Shown: positions 49,178-57,961 of the stretch, piece by piece
Position numbering within the stretch: position 1 is the first letter of the stretch
Layout: the number at the start of each line of letters is the position of its first letter
Assembly: GCA_045537405.1 (NCBI GenBank)
Contig: JAZSPK010000030.1
Location: 3,181-67,180 of the forward strand
Length of the DNA stretch: 64,000 bases
Direction: 5' to 3'
Origin: Acetatifactor sp.
Lineage (GTDB): Bacteria > Bacillota > Clostridia > Lachnospirales > Lachnospiraceae
The notes under the pieces: model-generated
The model's database searches: none
The model's input: the letters and a program-made list of their open reading frames with translations, nothing else
What the model was told of the DNA's origin: nothing
Program-made: the position numbers and the translations under genes

Positions 49178-50812
49178 TTAACCCAAGTTTTGATCTGCAA
49201 TCAATTTATTCGCACCATATATTTCACGCAACTTCGGCTTCTCAATCTTGCCGGTAGGGTTACGGGGAATGTCTGCAAAGATAATCTCTCTGGGACGCTT
49301 GTAACGGGGAAGTTTCAAACAGTACTCATCCAGTTCTTCCTTAGTCATGGTCACGCCTTCCTTCAACTCAATAATTGCCGCAGGAATTTCACCCAGGCGG
49401 GCATGTGCCAAACCGATAACTGCTACGTCATGCACCTTATCATTGGTACGAATGAAATCTTCAATCTGTACCGGGTATAAGTTCTCACCACCACTGATAA
49501 TAACATCCTTCTTACGGTCAACCAAGAAGATAAATCCATCCTCATCTTCCTGTGCCATATCACCGGTAAAGAGCCAGCCGTCGCCAAGCACTTCATTGGT
49601 AGCCTTTTCATCACGATAGTAACAAGTCATAACACCGGGACCCTTTACTGCCAGCTCGCCCACTTCACCTTTGGCTACGGTATTGCGGTGTTCATCCACA
49701 ATCTTTACTTCCCATCCGTATCCGGGCTTGCCGATAGCGCCCACTTTATGTATGTTTTCCACACCCAAATGTACACAACCGGGACCGATGGACTCGGACA
49801 AACCATAGTTGGTATCATACTCATGGTTAGGGAAAATGCTCTTCCACTTCTTAATCAAACTCTGTGGTACAGGCTGTGCACCGATATGCATCAGTCTCCA
49901 CTGGTCTAATTCATAATCGTCCAAATTTACCTTGCCACTTTCAATGGCTTCCAAAATATCCTGCGCCCAAGGCACCAACAACCAAACAATAGTACATTTT
50001 TCTTTGGATACTGCCTCCAAAATAAATTCCGGCTTGGTACCCTTAAGCAAGATTGCCTTACAACCGGAAAGCAAGCTTCCGAACCAGTGCATCTTTGCAC
50101 CTGTATGATACAAAGGAGGGATACAAAGGAATACATCGTCCTTCTGCTGTCCGTGGTGATTCTGCTCCACCAGACAGGAATGGGTCAATGCTCTGTGTTT
50201 ATGTAAAATCGCCTTAGGGAAACCGGTTGTTCCTGACGAAAAGTAAATCGCTGCATCATCATCCTCAAAAATAGGGATAGCCGGTGACTGGCTGGAACAA
50301 TTTGCTGCCAAGGAATTATAATCATCCGCAAAGCCGGGACAACCTTCACCTACATAAATAAGCAGTCTTCCCTTGCTGATACGGTCTGCAATTTCCTCTA
50401 CACGTCCGATGAAGGAATTACCAAACACCAACACATCTGCTTCCGCCAAATTCACACAATATTCAATTTCATCGGAAGAATAACGAAAGTTCAAAGGCAC
50501 TGCCAAAGCTCCGGTCTTTAAAATACCGAAATAAATGGGCAGCCATTCCAAACCGTTCATCATAAGAATAGCAACCTTGTCGCCCTTCTTAATACCACGC
50601 TGCAAAAGCAGGTTTGCAAAACGATTAGCCTTTTCATTAAACACGCTCCAAGTGATTTCACGACGATAGCTGGTCTTGGGGCTGGGCTCAATCAACTCAT
50701 ATTCTTTCCAAGTAACTCTTCTGTCTTCCTGAATCTCAGGGTTAATCTCTACCAGACACACATCATTTGGAAACTGTCTGGCGTTTCTCTCTAAAAACTC
50801 TGTAATAGGCAT
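49178..50812 (-). CDS. Acyl-CoA ligase (class I adenylate-forming enzyme)
   Basis: FSSGTTGFPK, YGLSE, TGD, DRKKD, PRNPTGK. Confidence 0.9.
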   Translation of the reverse strand: MPITEFLERNARQFPNDVCLVEINPEIQEDRRVTWKEYELIEPSPKTSYRREITWSVFNEKANRFANLLLQRGIKKGDKVAILMMNGLEWLPIYFGILKTGALAVPLNFRYSSDEIEYCVNLAEADVLVFGNSFIGRVEEIADRISKGRLLIYVGEGCPGFADDYNSLAANCSSQSPAIPIFEDDDAAIYFSSGTTGFPKAILHKHRALTHSCLVEQNHHGQQKDDVFLCIPPLYHTGAKMHWFGSLLSGCKAILLKGTKPEFILEAVSKEKCTIVWLLVPWAQDILEAIESGKVNLDDYELDQWRLMHIGAQPVPQSLIKKWKSIFPNHEYDTNYGLSESIGPGCVHLGVENIHKVGAIGKPGYGWEVKIVDEHRNTVAKGEVGELAVKGPGVMTCYYRDEKATNEVLGDGWLFTGDMAQEDEDGFIFLVDRKKDVIISGGENLYPVQIEDFIRTNDKVHDVAVIGLAHARLGEIPAAIIELKEGVTMTKEELDEYCLKLPRYKRPREIIFADIPRNPTGKIEKPKLREIYGANKLIADQNLG

Positions 50813-50871
50813 ATCTTTTTCCTTTCAAGCGTTTCTCTAAAATTTTGTCCGCCCGCTCTCATTAGCGGCGA

Positions 50872-50937
50872 CGTTTTAATGCTTTAACGCTTTTAACCAC
50901 TAAACTGTATTATAGCATTGATTGAGTTAGCGGTCAA
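50872..50937 (-). promoter_or_regulatory. Promoter with tandem (C/T)GCTTTAA-like repeats
   Basis: TTGACC-17-TATAAT (50909-50937); CGTTTTAA TGCTTTAA CGCTTTTAA at 50872-50896. Confidence 0.6.
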
Positions 50938-51059
50938 CTAGGGAATTTGTAGATAACCATCTTAGAATACGCCTATATAAAGAACCCGCAAGTCTCTATA
51001 TTTTACGACTTGCGGATCTCTATTTCCCCTTTAACAACTTAACAATTCTACAACCTCTA

Positions 51060-52832
51060 CTAAATAACCCTCTCAGCATATTGCAAAGGAATACCATAGG
51101 TTTCCTCATAAATATCCTTCCATACCTGATAATTTTTCTGCATCATTTCCTTAATATTTGCATCTTTGGATTTATTGGGGTCCGGATAAATCGGCTCTGC
51201 TACATGAATGGTATATTCCTGAACGAAGAACCCATCATCATCCACCACATCACTATCCTCCATGGTAATAAAACAAGGCAATACCGGTACATTATTTCTC
51301 ACTGCAAAGGTATACGCCCCCTTCTTTAAGGGCTTGGGTTTCTTATAATTCCACCACATACTTTGCTCCGGATAGATGAGCATGAAATGCCCCTCCTGCA
51401 AAACCTGATCCAATGACTTTAAGAACTTCTTCATGGTATCCTTGTTGGAACTTAACGGAAAAGTGTTGCAATTGCGCATCAAAATACCGTAAAAGCCCGG
51501 GAAATTAGTATAATTTCCCTCACGAATAATTCGATAAAAATTCCTGTCCTTCTGTCCGGAAGCCTCATACGCAAGCTGCATGGCAAAGCTGTCAAAAGCA
51601 TTAAAATGATTACAGGTCACAATAGCACCGGAATTCAAATTGGCATAATTCTCAATTCCCTTGATTTCCTTGATTATTAATTTTCTTTCATCCAGCAAAT
51701 TGTAAACATATCTTCTGGCAATGGCATAGGCAAAGCGACTCTTGATTTTGCTACTTACCTTTTTTCTCAGATAATCAATATCCTCCGGCAGTAGCTCCTT
51801 GGTTGGCGGATCTTCCTCCACATCCTCGTCAAAACGTCCTTCTCTTTCAAGCTTGGCAATCTTATCCATAATCATAAGTCTGTCCTTGGATTTACTGGTG
51901 CCATTCTTCAGCATATTCAGGTAATTATTTTCCTTATTGATTTCATAGACCGCTGTCTGAAGCAAACGCTCACAACAAAGTCTGTCCTGTTCGCGCTCGG
52001 CGTCCGTATAATTTTCTAACACCTGCAAAATCTCCTCGTATACAAAGGTTTCTGCAGCATATTTCCAGAAATATTCACCAAACCGGCAATCCCTATAATG
52101 CCATGGCTTGGAAACCATAATATAGTGCAACAGTAAAAAGTCACTCTCTTCATAAGCAATTTCTCCGAACACTTCTGTATTCCACTGCTGCTCCAGCCAA
52201 AATACCTTGCCCTTGCATAATAAATTCAAGTAATCCTCGTCCTGCGTTACCACAAAAGTGTAAGCATCCAGCAACTCTACAAACTTCTCTAAGATGTTAT
52301 TCTCGCGAAATGCTTTACAGTTCATCAGTAGCAGCCCTGCATTGAAATAGTAATTTCGGTCTATCCCCAAAACCTTTTCCACATACTCGCCGTAAACATC
52401 TACTTGTAGCATGACCTGTTCATGGGCAGCGCCTACATAATTTTCTCCCAAATCCTTATGATACAACTGTGCAATATCCCCAAGCACTACGGTATCGCTG
52501 TCAATGTAAATCGCTTTATCATACTCGGGAAACATCTCTGCAATAAACATTCTGTAATAGGTAGTCTTGGAATAATAATCTCTTATAGGCAGTCTGTCAC
52601 TTATGGACTCCAAATACTCTTTGACATTCACAAAGCATATGTCAAAATATTCCTCCGACATTGCCTTTACTTTATTCTGCATCTCTTCCGCAATATCTAC
52701 ATGCAAAATATAGGCTCTGTACTTATACTCTCTCGAAGCGTTGCTCATTACGGATTTCAGTGAAACCACGGTATATTTCAAAAATTTGTTATCACATGCC
52801 CAGAATATAGGGATTTGCTTTTCCTGCATCAT
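51060..52832 (-). CDS. GT8 glycosyltransferase fused to PlsC-like acyltransferase
   Basis: TYYRM, YIDSD, YFNAG, QDEDYLN, HY..SKPW; C-terminal NHFNAFD, YPE. Confidence 0.88.
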   Translation of the reverse strand: MMQEKQIPIFWACDNKFLKYTVVSLKSVMSNASREYKYRAYILHVDIAEEMQNKVKAMSEEYFDICFVNVKEYLESISDRLPIRDYYSKTTYYRMFIAEMFPEYDKAIYIDSDTVVLGDIAQLYHKDLGENYVGAAHEQVMLQVDVYGEYVEKVLGIDRNYYFNAGLLLMNCKAFRENNILEKFVELLDAYTFVVTQDEDYLNLLCKGKVFWLEQQWNTEVFGEIAYEESDFLLLHYIMVSKPWHYRDCRFGEYFWKYAAETFVYEEILQVLENYTDAEREQDRLCCERLLQTAVYEINKENNYLNMLKNGTSKSKDRLMIMDKIAKLEREGRFDEDVEEDPPTKELLPEDIDYLRKKVSSKIKSRFAYAIARRYVYNLLDERKLIIKEIKGIENYANLNSGAIVTCNHFNAFDSFAMQLAYEASGQKDRNFYRIIREGNYTNFPGFYGILMRNCNTFPLSSNKDTMKKFLKSLDQVLQEGHFMLIYPEQSMWWNYKKPKPLKKGAYTFAVRNNVPVLPCFITMEDSDVVDDDGFFVQEYTIHVAEPIYPDPNKSKDANIKEMMQKNYQVWKDIYEETYGIPLQYAERVI

Positions 52833-53677
52833 CTGTTAGTGCCTCCTTCTACTTCCTTGTCAAATTTCCTCTTTAAATAAATATACTCAAACAGAATGTC
52901 ATCAAATTCATAGTATCCAAATACTTTATGTACTTTTCCCACCATCCACTGCTTAATATTGTCTGTATGGGGATAGGGCAAATAAAACAGCCTTTTTGAA
53001 AAATGTCTGACCACTGTATGCTTGTGCAGAAACTTCTGGTCATTAAATTTCTGCGGCAACATCTTTTTGCGAGTGGTAGAGCGATAAATCGCACTTTGGT
53101 CCGCAAATACCAACTTCTTAGTTTTGATTAGTTCTCTGGCCTTTTGTAGCAACCCGGTCTGCTTCATTTTCTTTAAGTTAAACAGCAATACTCCTGCATT
53201 AATGTAATTAGGGTGCAACAGATATTTACCATAATGATCCCTTGCCGCCGCATACTCATACTCTTCCACATCAATATCATACAAAAGCTTGATATCTCTG
53301 TTAAACAACAAATCCACATCCAGATATAATAATTTGTCCGGCATATCCGGCACCAAATCGGCAAACAACCGAAGTAGGGTATATGGTGAACAATAAGCCA
53401 TTTCATTGGGACAATAAGCAAACTCCTGCTCGTAAAGCTCGGATACATCCACCCGTATCACCTGATTCTGCGAATTATACTCCTTCGCAATACTCTCCAG
53501 ATACTCCACCTCTTCCTGCCGAATTGCTGTATATTCCGGCTTAATTCGGGTGATATCCATGGTATATATGTAAAAACGAAAGGGCTCCTTCGTATCACTT
53601 CGCTTAAAAATCGATAACATGCAGGTTAACACTCCATCCACCACCTTACTGTTACCGGAAAACAAAATGTTAATCAT
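52829..53677 (-). CDS. GT8 glycosyltransferase
   Basis: LRLF, YLDVD, INAGV, DQSA. Confidence 0.85.
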   Translation of the reverse strand: MINILFSGNSKVVDGVLTCMLSIFKRSDTKEPFRFYIYTMDITRIKPEYTAIRQEEVEYLESIAKEYNSQNQVIRVDVSELYEQEFAYCPNEMAYCSPYTLLRLFADLVPDMPDKLLYLDVDLLFNRDIKLLYDIDVEEYEYAAARDHYGKYLLHPNYINAGVLLFNLKKMKQTGLLQKARELIKTKKLVFADQSAIYRSTTRKKMLPQKFNDQKFLHKHTVVRHFSKRLFYLPYPHTDNIKQWMVGKVHKVFGYYEFDDILFEYIYLKRKFDKEVEGGTNR

Positions 53678-54452
53678 CTTTCTCCTCCGCCTTAACGTAC
53701 TGAATCATTTCCACCGTATTATTCTTTGAACGAGCAACCATGGTTTTATAAACACGGTTACGCAATTCTTCCCTCTGTTTCCTGCCTTTGAGGGTTTCGT
53801 CCGGATAAAAAGGACCATCCACATAAGTAACCATTCGCGGTGTCTTTCTGAATCTCCTCTTTTGATAAGTATTGGTAAAACAAAATACCGGCACCTTTAA
53901 CTGAATAGGATAACGAAAAGAAGTATCCTGAAAAGGACGTATCTTTGTATAATAGGGCCAAATATGTGCCTCTGGATAAATTGTTACTGCATGCTTCTCT
54001 CCTATTCGGGTCTCCACCGCCTGCAAAAAGTTTTTGGTTGCCACCGCATCATCCGGCAAGGGCAAAGCCCCCAGACTCGGTGTTATCCTGCCTAAAAACG
54101 GCATGGAAACATTATTGGGATGTACAATCACATACATATCTTTGGGTGTGCTAATCATGGTGGGAACTAACGCATCTGCCAGAAAATGTGTATGGTTCCC
54201 ATACAAGAACCAACCGTTTTTTCTTACCTGTGCCACCACCTGTTTGTTGACAATTCTATGCCCAAAGTACAACTTCAAATACAAGAAGGCCAAAGGTGTC
54301 GCTACTATCCGGTACCAAAAGAAGCGGGTAAACTTTTTCCACACTCCCTTGTAAACATATTGATAATTCTCATCAATCCTTTTAGGCGTAATTACCGCCG
54401 TGGAAAATTCATCATTCAATTCATCTTTATAATAAATTACCTGTTTTTCCAT
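53670..54452 (-). CDS. Lysophospholipid acyltransferase (PlsC-like)
   Basis: NHTHFLAD (HxxxxD), YPEAH. Confidence 0.85.
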   Translation of the reverse strand: MEKQVIYYKDELNDEFSTAVITPKRIDENYQYVYKGVWKKFTRFFWYRIVATPLAFLYLKLYFGHRIVNKQVVAQVRKNGWFLYGNHTHFLADALVPTMISTPKDMYVIVHPNNVSMPFLGRITPSLGALPLPDDAVATKNFLQAVETRIGEKHAVTIYPEAHIWPYYTKIRPFQDTSFRYPIQLKVPVFCFTNTYQKRRFRKTPRMVTYVDGPFYPDETLKGRKQREELRNRVYKTMVARSKNNTVEMIQYVKAEEKDD

Positions 54453-54519
54453 AAAAAAGCCTCCCTTTGCTACATAAGAAGGCTACTCCTTATTTTCATT
54501 AACATTCGCTACAAAACAC

Positions 54520-54559
54520 TTGACGTAGTTATTATAACTACGTCAAGCAATTGTGTCAA
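54520..54559 (-). promoter_or_regulatory. Promoter of the acyltransferase/GT8 operon with overlapping 27-bp palindrome
   Basis: TTGACA-17-TATAAT (54531-54559); TTGACGTAGTTAT-T-ATAACTACGTCAA at 54520-54546. Confidence 0.75.
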
Positions 54560-54586
54560 CTACTTGTTGACATTTTACAAAAACAA

Positions 54587-54615
54587 TTGACATTTTCACT
54601 TTACGTTGATATACT
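54587..54615 (+). promoter_or_regulatory. Sigma-A promoter of rtcB-prfH
   Basis: TTGACA-17-TATACT with extended -10 TG. Confidence 0.8.
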
Positions 54616-54683
54616 TGTCAGCATGAGTGAAGGCTCATACAAATCATCAAAACTAATTAACCCAGTTCGAAAGGAGGATAACC

Positions 54684-54761
54684 ATGAAACAAAATACTAT
54701 TAACACCATCAATAACTTAACAACAACTCGAGACATGATTGTCCTGAGCCTTATGGACTAG
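54684..54761 (+). CDS. Putative leader peptide MKQNTINTINNLTTTRDMIVLSLMD
   Basis: Perfect RBS AAAGGAGG; lies between promoter and terminator upstream of rtcB. Confidence 0.7.
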   Translation: MKQNTINTINNLTTTRDMIVLSLMD

Positions 54762-54796
54762 TCATATACTTATCCCTATTGTTTTAGGATTTCCGT

Positions 54797-54822
54797 GCCT
54801 CTTACTGAAAGAGGCTATTTTT
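54797..54822 (+). terminator. Attenuator terminator upstream of rtcB
   Basis: GCCTCT/AGAGGC stem followed by TATTTTT. Confidence 0.65.
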
Positions 54823-54858
54823 ATGCCCTTTTTTAGACGAATTAGAAAGGAAATCCTT

Positions 54859-55992
54859 ATGAAAACAGTAAACGGAGTCTATACCTCTGCAAAAATTTTC
54901 AACACAAATACAACTGAATACAGCATTGATGACTATGCGATAGCACAGCTCCAAGCCTTATGCGACAACGAAGCTTTTGAAGGTTGTAAGCTTCGCGTCA
55001 TGCCGGACGTTCATCCCGGCAAAGTGGGAACTATCGGCTTTACTTCTACACTAGGAAAGCGGATCCTTCCCAATGTAATTGGCATCGATATGGGTTGTGG
55101 CATGACCTTGGCTCAAGTAAAAGGCAAAACTAAGGAATTTCAAAAACTGGACGTAGTAATCAGAGAGCATGTGCCTTCCGGCTTCTCTACTCGCAAAAGC
55201 GTACACCATATGACTGGCGCGGTAGACCTTACCAAACTCTACTGCTACAAGCATATTTTCGGAGGAAAAGCGCTTCTAAGCTTAGGAACTCTTGGGGGTG
55301 GAAATCACTTCATCGAATTGGATACAGATGATGAGAATAATACATACTTAGTAGTACACACCGGTAGCCGCCACTTAGGAAAGGAAGTCACAGAGTACTA
55401 CCTTACAGAAGGCCAAAAATACCTGAAAGACAACGGCATTAATGTCCCTTATGAAACCACTTATCTTGAAGGAACACTTATGAATTCTTATCTGCACGAT
55501 TTAGAAGTTGTTCAGGAATTTGCCACCTTAAACAGAGAAATCATCATTGCCGAAATTGTGAAAGGCATGAAATGGAAGATGCTTGATTCTTATTCCTGCA
55601 TACATAATTATGTGGATTTTAGTACCAATACTCCAATCCTGCGCAAAGGAGCTATCTCTGCCAAAGAAGGCGAAGCGGTCATCATCCCTATCAACATGCG
55701 CGACGGAATTCTTTTAGGAACCGGGCTTGGTAATCCCGACTGGAACTACTCTGCACCTCACGGGGCAGGAAGAATTATGAAAAGAGAAGATGTGAAAGCA
55801 AATTATACCGTGTCTTCTTTTAAAAGTGCCATGAAAGGCATCTATTCATCCTGCATTAGTAAGGACACCTTAGACGAAGCCCCCTTCGCCTATAGAAACA
55901 TTGACTCTATAAGAGATGTCATCAGCGATACTGTCTCTGTAGAAAAAGTCATCAAACCCATTTATAACTTTAAAGCAAGTAATATAAAATAA
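54859..55992 (+). CDS. rtcB: RtcB family RNA ligase
   Basis: MPDVHPG, GIDMGCG, GTLGGGNHF, HTGSR, HN, SAPHGAGR, DEAPFAY; ATG at 54859 with GAAAGGA. Confidence 0.95.
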   Translation: MKTVNGVYTSAKIFNTNTTEYSIDDYAIAQLQALCDNEAFEGCKLRVMPDVHPGKVGTIGFTSTLGKRILPNVIGIDMGCGMTLAQVKGKTKEFQKLDVVIREHVPSGFSTRKSVHHMTGAVDLTKLYCYKHIFGGKALLSLGTLGGGNHFIELDTDDENNTYLVVHTGSRHLGKEVTEYYLTEGQKYLKDNGINVPYETTYLEGTLMNSYLHDLEVVQEFATLNREIIIAEIVKGMKWKMLDSYSCIHNYVDFSTNTPILRKGAISAKEGEAVIIPINMRDGILLGTGLGNPDWNYSAPHGAGRIMKREDVKANYTVSSFKSAMKGIYSSCISKDTLDEAPFAYRNIDSIRDVISDTVSVEKVIKPIYNFKASNIK

Positions 55993-56016
55993 CATGATTT
56001 AAGAAAGGAAAAATTT

Positions 56017-56616
56017 ATGATTATTCAGATAAGCTCCGGGCAAGGCCCGGTAGAATGCGAATTAGCGGTGACCAAATTCTTTGAAAGCTTGAAAAAAGAA
56101 TACCCCGACATAAAAATGATTAGTTCTCACAAATCTCGATTTAACAATAACTATACCTCTATTATGTTTGAGACCGAGAACAATTTACAAGGGCTGGAAG
56201 GTTCTGTGCAATGGATTTGCAAAAGTCCCTACCGCCCAAACCACAAACGGAAAAACTGGTTTATCGACGTGAGTGTTATCCCGGAACAACAGGTTATCTG
56301 CACCGACTCCAATATACGCTTTGAACGCTTCCACTGCGGCGGAAAAGGCGGCCAAAACGTCAACAAAGTAGAAACCGGGGTTCGATTGATTCATCTTCCC
56401 ACCGGTATCACAGTAACCTCTACTGCTGAAAGAAGCCAGCTACTTAATAAAAAGGACGCTCTCGAAAAATTATCAAACCTCTTGAAAGACAAACAAGACG
56501 AACAACGCAAGTTACAAATCAATGCCGCTTGGTTGGAGCACAATCGCCTTGTGAGAGGAGACGCGGTGCGCACTTATCAGGGGTTGGAGTTTCGTTTGCA
56601 CTCGCCGAAATCCTAA
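56017..56616 (+). CDS. prfH: Peptide chain release factor H
   Basis: QISSGQGPVEC, WICKSPYRPNHKRKNWF, GGQNVNK. Confidence 0.95.
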   Translation: MIIQISSGQGPVECELAVTKFFESLKKEYPDIKMISSHKSRFNNNYTSIMFETENNLQGLEGSVQWICKSPYRPNHKRKNWFIDVSVIPEQQVICTDSNIRFERFHCGGKGGQNVNKVETGVRLIHLPTGITVTSTAERSQLLNKKDALEKLSNLLKDKQDEQRKLQINAAWLEHNRLVRGDAVRTYQGLEFRLHSPKS

Positions 56617-56628
56617 TCTATGCATTTC

Positions 56629-56820
56629 TGATAATCCCATGAAGCACTTTTCTGCTTTCATGGGATTATTTTTTCATGCTCACCTCACAACTCTCCTACA
56701 TATAAATAGTCCCATCTCCCTCTATTTTGCTTTCGTGGGACTACTTTTCCCTTTTACTCCCTCATATCCCAATGCCAAAGTAATCCCACAAAGAACTGTT
56801 TAACTTCTATGGGATTACTT
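56629..56820. repeat. Second tandem array of three 43-bp palindromes, 74-75-bp period
   Basis: TAATCCCA...TGGGATTA-type units at 56629, 56704, 56778; same family as 42935-43125. Confidence 0.85.
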
Positions 56821-56933
56821 CCCGCGCTCTCCCCACCGTTCTCCCGGACAAAAAAAGGTGCAAAGTCCTACAAAATCATAAGAACTCTACACCTTTCCTT
56901 TTCATCCATATAAATCACATAAATTCAGCGCAT

Positions 56934-57869
56934 CTACACCAACACTTCGTCCAGAAACTCTTCCACAAGAGTTTCATAACTATCCTTATCTACACAGTGA
57001 CTCAGACCATGGCCGGCACCGGGCACGGTCAGGATACGTTTAGACTTACCACAAGCTTCGAAACATGCCTTACTCATATCACAGGGAACGAAATCGTCCG
57101 CTTCTCCATGCACGAAAAGGATTGGCACCTTGCTGTTACGCACTGCTTCCACACTGGAAGCATCTGCCTGCTCCACATCAATACCACCAAACAAACGCCC
57201 ACTGAGTCGCACAATCGGATACATTAGTCCAACAGGAAGTCTCATGGAACGGATAACACTTTTGATAATGTCCGAAGGCGAGGAAAATCCGCTATCCTCC
57301 AACACACATTTCACATTAGGGGGCAAATCCAGTCCTGCTGCCAGCATAACCGTTGCTGCTCCCATGGATACTCCCATAAGCACAATGGGCGTATCTGCCT
57401 CAAAACGCTCATTAGCATACCGAATCCAGTCCAGGCAATCATACCTCTCCTTTATTCCAAAGGTCATAACCTTGCCTTCGCTCAAACCATGAGCACGTTG
57501 GTCCACCATCAACACATTATAACCACGTCTTTTACTCATAATGAATGCGCCATTACCATCACATAGTGCGTTGCTACGATAACCATGCATAAATATGGTT
57601 AGTGGTGCCCCATCCGCCACATGATAATACCTTGCATGCAGCTTCAATCCATCATGGGAGGTAATGTACACGTCCTCATGTTCATGGGCCAGTACCACGT
57701 CAATACCTTTCAAAATCTGTTCCCGATAAGGCTCATAGGTTTTTCCGGGTGGCGCCGAACATTCCGTACTGGCAGAATTTCTATTCTTACGAAAAGTAAA
57801 GAAAAACACACCATAAAGCACAGTCAATCCCATTATGCAGATTCCAATTAATACTCCAAGCCAAATCAT
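56934..57869 (-). CDS. Alpha/beta hydrolase with N-terminal anchor
   Basis: HGY, RAHGLSEG, GVSMG, HGEADDFVP, GAGH. Confidence 0.9.
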   Translation of the reverse strand: MIWLGVLIGICIMGLTVLYGVFFFTFRKNRNSASTECSAPPGKTYEPYREQILKGIDVVLAHEHEDVYITSHDGLKLHARYYHVADGAPLTIFMHGYRSNALCDGNGAFIMSKRRGYNVLMVDQRAHGLSEGKVMTFGIKERYDCLDWIRYANERFEADTPIVLMGVSMGAATVMLAAGLDLPPNVKCVLEDSGFSSPSDIIKSVIRSMRLPVGLMYPIVRLSGRLFGGIDVEQADASSVEAVRNSKVPILFVHGEADDFVPCDMSKACFEACGKSKRILTVPGAGHGLSHCVDKDSYETLVEEFLDEVLV

Positions 57870-57961
57870 CTGTCACTCACTCCTATGACTTATTTGTACT
57901 TCACGCCTGCAGTCCCGGCGCCATCTGCCACACGTAAGCGCTCAAGGAACTTACTGTCACA

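Noticed and set aside
54823-54858. Upstream start for rtcB
   Set aside because: It overlaps the terminator U-tract and lacks an RBS; ATG at 54859 has GAAAGGA.
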